Positions 39,748 through 51,049 of a stretch of 64,000 nucleotides of DNA are shown here, one piece after another. How positions within the stretch are numbered: the stretch's first letter is position 1; every line of letters begins with the position of its first letter. The DNA comes from Monocercomonoides exilis PA203 (Eukaryota; Protista; Preaxostyla): assembly GCA_001643675.2 (NCBI GenBank), contig LSRY02000024.1:1273569-1337568 (forward strand), written 5' to 3'. The notes beneath the pieces were generated by a model. The model ran no database searches. It saw only the letters and a list, made by a program, of their open reading frames with translations, and was not told where the DNA came from. The translations under genes were made by a program, and so were the position numbers.

Positions 39748-41062
39748 AGAAATTTTCACAGATGGAACAATTCACTGAAGCAGAACAGAAACAGAAAATT
39801 GATGAAATGAATAGAATAATGGACGGGATGAGTGAAAAAGAATTTGATTCCGTTTTCACAATAGAGCTGTTCAACAAAATAAACAAAATGATTGAAGAAA
39901 AGAAAATATCAATGGAAAAAGCAATTTTGCTGCTGAAGTGCATTGAATATTGCGCAACATTGAAAGGAATTTGGGTTTCTGACTTTGAAAGATCTTTGCT
40001 GAAAGAAAGATTTGAAAAAATGATTGAAAATGAAGTCAAGAAAAAAGAAAAAATGAACGAAAATCTACTGATTGATCTTTGAGAATGTTTTGTTTTTCTT
40101 TGCGCTACTAATCTTTCAATATCGCTTTCAATTTGTTTGCCCTGCCTTCTGAAAGCTGCCTCAAAGAAAGAGGGAAATGAGGAGACTCGAAAAGAAGTGG
40201 AAATGACTTTGCTTACATTAAGCGGATCTGGATATTGTGTATGGGCACTTCTTTTTCTTTTTTATAATGTTTGCTTTTTCCCCCTCTTATCTTTTATTAG
40301 GAAGTGAGAAATGAACTGTATTTGAATGAAATCAAAGAGATTATCAAACATCATCAGAAACATCACAATCCGACACAACTTGCCTATCAATCAGCTTGGC
40401 AGTTTTTAATTGACAGGTTTTTCAAAGACGAAGACTTGGAAATAGTTATTGTGAATGAACTTCATTTTCCGAGAGAAGCTGTTAGAGAACTGGAAGAGTT
40501 GACAAGAAGAGTTGAGTGGAAGAGAAAAAAAGAAGAAAGAAGAAAAGAAACGAAAGAAGAGCTTGCGATAACAAGATGGCTCGACTTATTATGTTGTAAT
40601 TTTCTCTGTCGTCTGTTGATGAATGAAGAATATTCTGGGATTATCCAAAGCATTGCACTGTTATTCAGAGCATCAAGGGATAATTACAGCAAATTTGGCT
40701 ACAGTTGCATTGATATTTTCGAGAGAATGGCAATTTTCAGAGGAGTGAAAGTAGAAGACTTGCTAAAAGGTGGAGCAATTGATGCTGTTTTGGAGGGGAT
40801 TCACAGGCCAACGCTGAATGAAGACATGACAATTGAATGCTGCCAATTCTTTATGAATGTTTCAAAAAGATTGAAAGAAGAGGATGACGAAGAAAAGGAA
40901 GAAGTTAAAAGAAAGGAAATAAAAATGAAGTTATTTGAAAAGATGGAAGAAGAAGGATACGAAGATGTCATTGTTAGCTTTTATGAAATGTTTGATTTTC
41001 TTAACAAAAGAATTTATTATCAATTGTCATTGAATATTTCTGATTATTTTGTGAATATTTGA
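39748..41062 (+). pseudogene. Lineage-expanded helical hypothetical protein family, copy 2 (nonsense mutation)
   Basis: DL*EC (TGA at 40080-40082) where the paralog has DLCEC. Same intron position as copy 3 (...GYC|GT...AG|EV). The 5' end is unclear. Confidence 0.8.
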
Positions 41063-41579
41063 GAAAATGAGATATTTCACATTTTGTTTCTCTGAATTTC
41101 AATTTTTGTATTTTGATTATTTCCTTCATCTGCAAATGGCTGTTTACAGCCTTTTTCAATTGAAATTTTTATTGGATTGTCTGATAAATCATCAGCAACT
41201 GGTGCAAATGTCTTTGGGAATGAAATGTTATTTAATCTGAAAATCAAAAATTTTATTTATTTTTCTTTCAGTATCATATCACAATTCGACAAGCCTAAAG
41301 TAAGTTTTACAGCTTTGTTTTTTGAGATTTTGTGAAATGATAAAAATAAACATCCATTTGAACCTAATTTCAAAAGCCATTTATTTAAAGTTTTGAAATG
41401 GAACAAAAAATAAAAAAGAAAAAGAAAAAGAAGAAGCAGCAGTAGAAAATGAAAATGAAGTTACAAATAACAGTTGATGATGATTGTGATTTATCTTTTT
41501 CTTCCTTTCTGTTCTTTCTTCTTCTTCTTCTTCTTTCTCTTCTTCAAATAATAAAAAAATAAAAAATCACCAAAAGCAA

Positions 41580-41800
41580 ATTCCCCTGTTTTGGGCCGTT
41601 CCATTTTTTTAAGAGATAATTCCGCAACTTGGTTTGAAAATAGACACGTCAAATCAAAATAACATGAAACATGTCAAACTGACATAAGAAGAAGAAGAAG
41701 AAAGGTGGAAGAGAAAGAGAAGGAAAAGAAGAGCATAAAAAATTCAATTCATTGAATATGTTGGGAGATGGGAGTATTTCATTGAATTCTTCTTCTTCCA
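41580..41800 (+). repeat. Dispersed repeat, inverted partner of 45370-45640
   Basis: TTTGGGCCGTTCCATTTTTT..GAGATAATTCCGCAACT.GGTT.GAAAA..GACA.GTCAAATCAAAAT.ACATGAAACATGTCAAA.TGAC matches the reverse complement of ~45540-45640. Confidence 0.85.
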
Positions 41801-43446
41801 TTTCAAATTCTTCTTCTTTATCATCATCCATATTAAATTTACCTTCGTTCATTTCAATTTCTTCTTCTCCTTCTTCTTCCTCTTCATCTTCTTCTCCTCC
41901 TCCTCGTTCTTCACATCTGTCAGCAGACTCTGCTGAATGCATCAAGATCTCCATTCTGTTAATGGTAGTTTTCTCCTTTCAGAAGCTGTTCAGTGATAAT
42001 GGAAATCCATCCGACGTGCATCTGAGTGATTCGATGATAACGGATGGAAGGAAAAGAGGAAAATGCATTCAATAGCAGATGCTTCCAGAAGCTCAGGGAA
42101 ACATGCACGATGAATGTGAATGCCTTTACAAGCGACTGAAGATTGTTGTGGATGGAATTGATGAGAAATTGCAAGAAGAAACAGTTTTTGAGTGAAAATT
42201 TTTATTGAAGTTCGCAAAATAAATTGTAAAAATTAATAAGAAAAGAAAGAAAAAGAAAGAAAGAAAGAAAAAATGAAAATGAAAACATGAAATAATCATT
42301 GTTGAAAAAGTTCGAAATTTTTTTTAACGATTTCTTTCTTTCCTTCTTATTGAAATAAATAAAAATGCTTAAATTCCACATAAATTGGTTAACAAACCTT
42401 AATATCATCAAACACTTCAATCGCAATCTGTTCTATCCTGTCGGACTTGCTTCGGAATCGCTCGTACTGTTTCAAGGTTTGCTTCAAAATCCGCCCAGAA
42501 ATTGGTGAATCAATGATTACCATCAAAACGATACAAGGTGATGAATTTTCCAAAAAACGTAACAAGTGTCTTTATAGAAAAATACTTGCCAAGCGGTTAT
42601 ACCACTGAACGAATAATATGCTTGAGTGTACTCAATATTCCGCATGTGCTTGATTTCGTATATCGCATCAATCTTCTTTTGCCATCTCGAGTTTTGTTCA
42701 TCTTCATATAGCTTCAAAGCCTTTTGGAATAGAATCTCTTTCAATGCTCGATAAACGATGCTGTTCACTGTTGCCTTGATAAATTCTCTTATGCGTTTAG
42801 TTATCATGAGCTCAAGCAACAATAAACTGTGAATTGTTGAAAACTTGATTCCCTCCATCAATCTTCCTTCAGCCTGGATGGCCCACTCAAGAAACGAACA
42901 AATAAAAAAATCATCCTGATATCTCAAAACTTTTCTCAACGCATCAAATTTGAAACATTCCCGGAAACAAGCAAACACTCTGAAACAACAGAAAAAATCA
43001 TTTCTGACAAGGAAAGCTTCCAGATAACTCTAAATGTGAGGGAAATAAGTGAATATTTATGTTTGAATTTTAATCTGCAACAACGTTTAAATGCACAGTT
43101 TAATGTGCAAATTGTTGCTTTTTTGTCTCTTCTTCGAAAAGTTCTTTTCAAAGTCCTTTCGCTTCTTCTTCATATTGCTCAGAATGTTAAAATAGATATT
43201 TTTTTTAATACTCAATTCCAGACATGTGGGATATTTTTCAATACGTTCAATATTTCATCGAAATTCAATCCATTTCCATGAAATGAATTATTGTTGGTTC
43301 GATCAGACAGATATTAAACTCTTTCGTATTTGACAAAATACGACCAATATTGCAGCTTCATTGTGATTTCTTTTTTAACATAGATTTTTTTTCAACTAGT
43401 CAAAGGAGTTGAGTTTGGACTTTATCATTGTTTTGATAATTATCTT

Positions 43447-43562
43447 TAGTGTTTGTTTTTCTGTTTGTTTTTCTGTTTGTTTTTCTGTTTGTTTTTCTGT
43501 TTGTTTTTCTGTTTGTTTTTCTGTTTGTTTTTCTGTTTGTTTTTCTGTTTGTTTTTCTGTTT
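43447..43562. repeat. 12-bp tandem repeat (TTTGTTTTTCTG)n, ~9 copies
   Basis: Directly visible, just upstream of family copy 3. Confidence 0.95.
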
Positions 43563-43611
43563 TTCATTTGAAATTTTGAAGCAAATTTTGTCTTTGCTGA
43601 AAATAGACAGA

Positions 43612-45074
43612 ATGGAAATGCACAACAAATATAAATCCAATAATTATGTTCAGGAGCTTTCCCTCAAAGACAGAGTTTCAAGTTTGTGAGCATTTATTGT
43701 GTATTTTCAAAGATCTCATGTTTTATGATTTTTGATGATCGGGGAAGAATTGTTTGATCAGTTGGAGCATTGCATTGAAAGCGAGCAGAAACTAAAAATT
43801 GAAGAATTAAATGGAATAATTGATGAAATGAATTACAAAGAATTCCATATAACCTTCACAAAAAAGCTATTCAACAAATTGGACAAAATGATTGAAGAAA
43901 AGAAACTGGCTTTGGAGAATGCCATTCTATTGTTGAAGATCGTTGGATATTGCAAAGTTATAAAAAATTATTGGCTTTCCGGTTTTCAAGAGTCTTCATT
44001 AAACGAAAGATTTGAACAGATGATTATCGAGGAAGAGAAGAAAAAAGATGAAAAGAATGAAAAGCTTCTGACTGATCTTTGTGAATGCTGCCTTTTGCTT
44101 AACAATGGAATCTCTTTGGAATTTCATTCAATTTGTGTGCCTTTCCTTCTTAAAGTTGCCTCGAAGAAAGAGGAAAACGAGGAGACTCAAAAAGAAGTGG
44201 AAATGGCTTTATTTGCATTAAGTAGCATCGAAGGATATTGTGTTTGAGCATTTCAATTTTCTTTTGACATTTTTCAATTTTTTTCTGATTTTTTGCATAG
44301 GAAGTGAAAAGAGAACTGTATTTGAATGAAATCAGAGAGAACATTCAATATCATCAAGAGCATCAGAATTTGACTCGATTTGCATACCAAGCTGCTTGGA
44401 TGTTTTTGATAAACAGATTTCACAATGACCAAAGTTTGGAAGATGATATTGTGAATGATCTGCGTTTTGTGAGAGAAGCAGCAAAAGAAATGAAAGAGCT
44501 GACAAGAAATGTGAATTTTAAGAAGAAAGAAGAGGAAATGAGCAACGATGAAGCGAATGAAATTCTGGTGATCAGGAGATGGATCAAAACACTTGCGATT
44601 TATTTTCTCTATAATCAATTACCGAATGAAGAATGTGTTGGCCTTTTCACTAGAATTGTTCAGATATATGGAGCAGCGAAGAATAATTTCAGAGATATTT
44701 GCAAGCAATGCATTTTATGCAATAAAAGAGCATCAGGAAACTGGACTGTGAAAATTGATGACTTGTTGAAAGGAGGAGCAGTTGATACTGTTTTGGAGGA
44801 GATTCAACAATCAACGTTGAATAACGATATTACACATGATTGCTTGAGATTTTTCATGAATGTTTCATATCGATTGAAAGAAAAGAAAGGAGAGGAGGAT
44901 GATGAACTTGAAGAAGCTAAAAGAAAGATAACGAAAATGGAGATATATGAAAAATTGGAAGAAGAAGGATACGAAGATAACATAAAATGCTTACTTGAAG
45001 CTTTAGAACATTTTGAACGTTATTATTGTTGCAATTTATCGTTGAATGCTTGTGATTATTTTGTATTCGTTTAA
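43612..45074 (+). CDS. Lineage-expanded helical hypothetical protein family, copy 3 (possibly intact)
   Basis: ORFs 43732-44241 and 44301-45074 are joined by a phase-0 GT-AG intron with no internal stops. The first exon (ATG 43612) and its acceptor are uncertain. Confidence 0.65.
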
Positions 45075-45254
45075 ATCAAAAGCGCTTTTTCTATTTCTGA
45101 TTTTTCGGAAATTGTATTTGAAAAGTCAGGAAAAGAAGGAAGAAGAAGAAGAAGAAGAGAAGAAAAAAGAAGAGAAAGAAGAAAAAGAAAAAGAGGAAAG
45201 AATGAAAGAAAGGAAGAAGAAAGAGAAGGAGGAAAAGAGGAAGGAAAAGAGGAA

Positions 45255-45372
45255 GGGGAAGTGGAAGTGGAAGTGGAAGTGGAAGTGGAAGTGGAAGTGG
45301 AAGGGGAAGTGGAAGGGGAAGGGGAAGGGGAAGGGGAAGGGGAAGGGGAAGGAGAAGGAGAAGGAGAAGGAG
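45255..45372. repeat. Hexamer microsatellite series (GGAAGT)n-(GGAAGG)n-(GGAGAA)n
   Basis: Directly visible. Confidence 0.9.
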
Positions 45373-45640
45373 AAGAATACAATAAAATTCCCCCTTCATC
45401 CAAGGTATTCATTGAATTGGATCTTTTATACCGTTCTCTTCCTTCTCTTCCTCTTCCTCCTTTCTTCTTCTTTTTCATTGCATTCACATTCGATTTCTTT
45501 GTTTGAACTTCTTCTTTTTCTTCTTCTCCTTCTTCTTTTGTCAATTTGACATGTTTCATGTCATTTTGATTTGACATGTCCGTTTTCAACCGAGTTGCGG
45601 AATTATCTCCGAAAAAATGGAACGGCCCAAACGAGGGAAT
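45370..45640 (-). repeat. Dispersed repeat, inverted partner of 41580-41800
   Basis: Reverse-complement match, see 41580. Confidence 0.85.
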
Positions 45641-48160
45641 TTATTTTTTTAATGTTTTTTTATTTTTTTGAATTGTTCGAAGAAGAAGATGATGAGGAGG
45701 AGGAAGAGGAGGAAGAGGAAGAGGAAGAAGAAGAGGATGAACGAAGTGAAGAAAGAGAAGAAGAGGAGGAGGAAGAGGATGAAGAAGAAGAGGAAGAAGG
45801 AGAACGAGAAGAAGAGGAACGAGTTGGAGAAGAAGAAGAAGGGAGAAGAAGAGAAAGAAAGAGATAAAGAAGATCAAAGAGAAGAGAAAGAAGAAAAAAT
45901 TTCATAGCATTCCAAAAAAGGCATATCAAAACATTCAACTTCGCAGAAAAGAGTAAGACAAATGAATAAACCTCAGCATCATCATCGGTATAATAGAAAT
46001 AATTCTGCTTTATTTTCCTCTTCCTCCTCCTCCTCTTCCTTCTTCTTCTTCCTCTTCATCATCATCATCATCTTCTTCTTCTTTTTCTTCTTCTTCTTCT
46101 TCTTCTCCTCCTCCTCCTCCTCCTCCTTCTTCTTCTTCAACTTTTGCTCCTTCTTCAACAACTTCATTGGCTGCGTTCTAAATATCCAGGTGAATTATAC
46201 AAATGAAGAAGAGGATGATACAGAACAAGAGTTAACATATTGCGAAGATGATAAAGAAGACAAAAGCTTAACCGCTTCAGAGAGAAATGCTGAAACAGAT
46301 GAATAAGGTTTCATTTTGTTCCTAATTGCAAGAGGCAACGAATGCGATTCATTGAATGGAATGCACTGAACCTCTTTCTACTCGTTAACAAACTTCCTCT
46401 TCATATTCTTCATTTTAACTTCCTCTCAATTTCTCCTTTTGTTCCAAATCCTTTTCTGTTTTATCCTTTTCTGCATTCGCCTGTTCTTGTTTGAATTCAC
46501 TTGATACTTTATTTGATGGCAATGGATGAGGAAAAAAAAAGCTATTAGCTCTTAAGTGGATACAATAACTTTGAAATTGGTGGAATAGAATCTTAACATA
46601 CAGCTGAACAAGAGGAAATGGAAGAAGATGAAAAAATAAGAGGAAAAATAAGAAGAATTGGAAAATGATAGAAAACTCTTATCAGATGAAAGGAAAAAGA
46701 ATAAGTTGAAAGCGTGTTTGCCGAATGAAGCTGTTGAATTTGATAAGCGTTGCAATATGAATCCGTTTTATTCAGATAAGTGAAGATTCTGACAACATAA
46801 GGCTAATGCTTCGGAGACGAACAGGCGGGATATTCCGAGCAAAAAGAGAAAGAATAAATTACTGAAGCATCAGCTTCAAATACAGTCACAGCGATAGACT
46901 TATAATTCTCAGTTAATGAAACACAAATATTATATTGAAGAGCAAATTAGTTTTGTGATTCATTTCTTCTTTATTTAGTTCATTGAATCATCATCTTCTT
47001 TTTCAATTAACTCATAAAATATTTATTAAGAGTTTAATACCATCTTTCTGAACAGTATTTTTCCTGTGAAAATTCAACAACTCAGTCGAAGATTAAAGTA
47101 TCTAATGGAAGTGAAATGAAGCATGCGAAATCGATCGAAGAAGCACACACAAATGCAGCAAATGCGAAGAAGAAAGGGAAAGAAGTGAAAGAAGCAGTTT
47201 TCATTTGAAAATTGAATCAAAGTTTGCAATTCAATGAGAATTTTTCAACTTCTTTTCAATTGGGCTGCTTTGTAATTCAAAGAAAAGCAAATAACAAAAG
47301 GAAGAAATATTGAGAAACCTCATTTTCTGATTTTTAAATGTCTGCAAACCTATCCTTCATGAAATTTTACTTTGAAGAACAATTAACGAAATTTCTTCAA
47401 AATTCTCTTTCAATAAATGGAAAATGAAAGAAAATGTGAAGAAAAAATTTGAAAAGAAATTCTATTTCAAGAACAACCTTTTAGAAACGCAAAACTGAGG
47501 TTAATTTCTTATTTGAACAATAATTTGTTGATATGCTATTCTATTTATTTTATGGAATTTTGATCTGAATTCAAATTTGATGAGAAGGGATTATGGGGCA
47601 TAATATTTTTGGAATTTTTATTATTTGTGTTTTTAATTCAACAAAATGAATGGGATTAATAAATATTCATTTTAGAAAAAAAATAATTTTTTTATCGTCA
47701 TGAGAAGATATAGATATTCTTTTTAAAGTTAATTGAGTTTTTCTTTGAAATAGATTATTAATTTTAAAAAATGTTTTTATTCCTCAACCAATTTTTTAAA
47801 AACTAACTAACTCTTAAAGAAAACATCGTTAAATTATCAATTTTTGATTTTTTGTTGTTTAATCAAAGGAAATTGCGAAACAAAAATTTTCGAGTGAAAA
47901 TTGTTTGATTTATTAATTTATCAAGAAATTGGTCATATTTATGCAATTTAAAGGGAAGAATTTATGAAAATCATTGTGGTCATGAATTTACTATATGAAA
48001 AATTTTTTTTAACATTTTCACATGAAAGAAATGAAAGATAAAATGATTAAAGAATATCTATTTAACCTTCGACTCAGTATTTTCTTCTCTTCTTAAAAGA
48101 ATATTCATCGTAACATCCATTTTGTGAACATCTCTGTTCAGCCTTTTTACAGAACTCTCT

Positions 48161-48700
48161 TTACCACTCTTTCATCGTCAACACTTTCTTCTGTCCGCTG
48201 AGTTTCTTTTCTTTTACTGTCATTTTCAACGAAATTCTTGACAAAAATTGAACATCATCTTTTTCGATTTCTTTTTCATTATTGTTAGCCGCTTTAGAGC
48301 ATGCCTGAAGTTCCGTGGCAAGTGGAACAATCAGTTGAACCTTTCTGTTTTTTCTTTCTTTTTCGAAATTATGTTTAACTATTTTCTTTGCTCCTAACTT
48401 ATCTATTTCATCATCCTTTTCTTTTTCATTATCTGTTTCTTTTTCAATCCGTGTCACATCTGAATCTTCTTTTTCATCATCTATCAATGTTGGCGCAGTT
48501 GAACTATCTAACAAATATTAATAAGACATTCATTTTCTAAAATTCTTTGATAAAAAATATATAAAAAAACCTGAAAATTTTCTTTCAGTTGGAATTTCAT
48601 CTTCTTTGCTATCTTCAGGCCACTGTGTTTCTTCGTGCATCATCCGTTTTTCTTCCGCCGCAATTGCAGCCGCTTCAAAAAAAGAACAAAAAGCACTTTT
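48161..48700 (-). other. Possible small charged hypothetical gene or gene fragment
   Basis: Two K/E/D-rich minus-strand ORFs separated by an intron-like AT tract; no recognisable domain. Confidence 0.25.
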
Positions 48701-51049
48701 GCACTTTGCAAAAATAATTTTTGATAAATAAACAAAAAGAAAATTATTAAACAATTTTTTTCAAAACAGATAATTCGTGTAAATATTCTTGAATTCCATA
48801 AAAATTAGAAAGAAGAATTTAAAGACAATTTTAGTCCAACTCAAGAAGATTTTTCATTGTATTTAGACTTAATTTTTAACATTCAAATTACGGGAAAATC
48901 AAAAAATTATCAAAATTCCCTTTAACTTAATTTTTCTAATAATTTTTTGAAAACCAATTGCACATTGAAACTATTTGCAAATATGTCAGAACGATGCACT
49001 ATTATCATGCACAGAATACAGTCCAAATCGGATATAATCACATCGGTTTTTGCACAACTTTTTGTCACTATATCCGATTGTGATCCTATCCGATGCTGCT
49101 TAACACAGAAATAAATAAAAATTAATTAATAAATTAATTAATTTTGGGTCGATTTTTTCATTTTTGGAAATTCTATCCAAATACACTTTTTTAACTTGCG
49201 AAATTAATTTTTTTCACAAACGCATATTATTTAAACTTATTTGAGCACATTTTTGAAAAAGCGAAAAATTGAGATTTTTGATCAAAAAATCGATTTTTCA
49301 TTCAAAAAAGCACCCATAATAAAATAAAATGTGATTAAATATTTTCAGCCCTGTGATTATATGAGATGGAAAATGAATGAAAAAAAGAAAAAATATCTGT
49401 GCATTGAAAATTTTGACTAAAACCGATGTCGATTTTATAAGATGAGAATATATCCGGTTAAGACTGTATATATTTTTTCCAGGGTTTTCAAATAGTTATT
49501 CATTTTTCAATGAATTTTTTTTGTTTGTTCCATCAGGAAAAATCATGAAAAAATTCAATGTTTTTTCCAACATGTGTCTTGGATCTTGAAGAAAATAATA
49601 TGTGTGCAACTCCTCCACACATGTAACATATGCTCCAGAAATCTCCAATCAGTTATTCGTAGTTGTGGAGAAATAAATTTTTTATCAAAATTTCAATGAA
49701 AAGTTTTGATCAAAAAATTCCTATGAAAATTGTTATCAATGTTTTGATCGCAAATAAATTTTTTAGCGAAACGCCAGCAAAACTTCATGAAACGTTCCAA
49801 ATGCAATGCTGGGGCTGTAGAAGGGATGAAAAACCACGTGCGCGCTGTTCCAAACTTGGTGTGAATAAACTATTATCTTTTCATTGAAAATAACCTGCTT
49901 TTTTGGATCATTTCAGTCATTGCTTTTCATAAATGTTACAGATCCCAATCAAAATGCAATACATTATGCACTATCAAATAATGTATATATGCACCAATTT
50001 TGAACGTGATCGGTTTGTCCAATTTAGAAATAATGTTGAATATAATTATTTCCTTTCCCAATTTTGATATATTTTCAATATGCAATAACAATAAGAGTTA
50101 GGGTTATGGAGCGTGGTGGAATTAGCGTTTGTCATAACCCTGAAATTTTTATTTTTGATCATTTTTCGATTTTATCCATTTTTTCCCTTTACTGCTTTTA
50201 TTGATCACTATTTTTCGTTTTTTTATGTGGAAAACATCATTTCGAATACTTACAGAAAAACAATTATTTTGATCATAAACATAATACGTTTTGAATTTTT
50301 TCGAAAAAAAGTTGTTCTGATATCACAAGAATGGAATAATATCAGGTTTGAAAAGTTTCAAAAATATTTTTGACAAATAACGACAATAAAAGAATTTATA
50401 TATTTTTTTCATATTAAACAATCATATGGGTGATTTTTTTTGATATCATAAAAAATTCCGACGTTTGATCAAAAAATATATTCATTAAGGGTGGGGTTGA
50501 TTTGAAAAAATTTTTGAAAAATAATGAGAAAATATTCATTAATATATGATTATTATTTATTATTTGTTGATTTTAATTTGTTTACAATTGTTTTTGTAAC
50601 TTATTTTGAAAAAAACATAAAAAATATATTGGAAAATATCGAAAATACAATAAAAAGAACAAGATACTTGCCTAATTGTTAATACAACATGATAACAATA
50701 ATAACAATACATAATCAATCAGTTTTTATTATATAAATAAGTTTTATGAGTTATTACAAAAAAATTTTAAAATTGATTTAACAGATCATAAAACTTTTGT
50801 TGAAATTTAACAATTTTAAAAAACACACATAGAAAATGTGATAGCATAACAAGATATTCATCAAATATACAACAATTTGTAGTTGATATTAGCTTGGAAA
50901 TAAATAATATCTTAAAGAAATTATTTTGACAAGTTGATCAAAATTGTTGAAAAAAGTTACAAAGAAAATATTTAAAAAAATAAAAAGTAATACAAAAATT
51001 TCTGTTTCAGATACTTAAAAATATTTCGATGTTCAGCTGGCTTTATTTC

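Noticed and set aside
40080-40082. TGA at a Cys position as possible selenocysteine or Cys recoding
   Set aside because: A single TGT-to-TGA change in a family with other dead copies; no SECIS evidence; TGA is a real stop at 1732.
32806-46306. Microsatellite-derived ORFs (32806, 37962, 43453, 45046-45907, 45962)
   Set aside because: Open only because of stop-free triplet, hexamer or 12-mer repeats.
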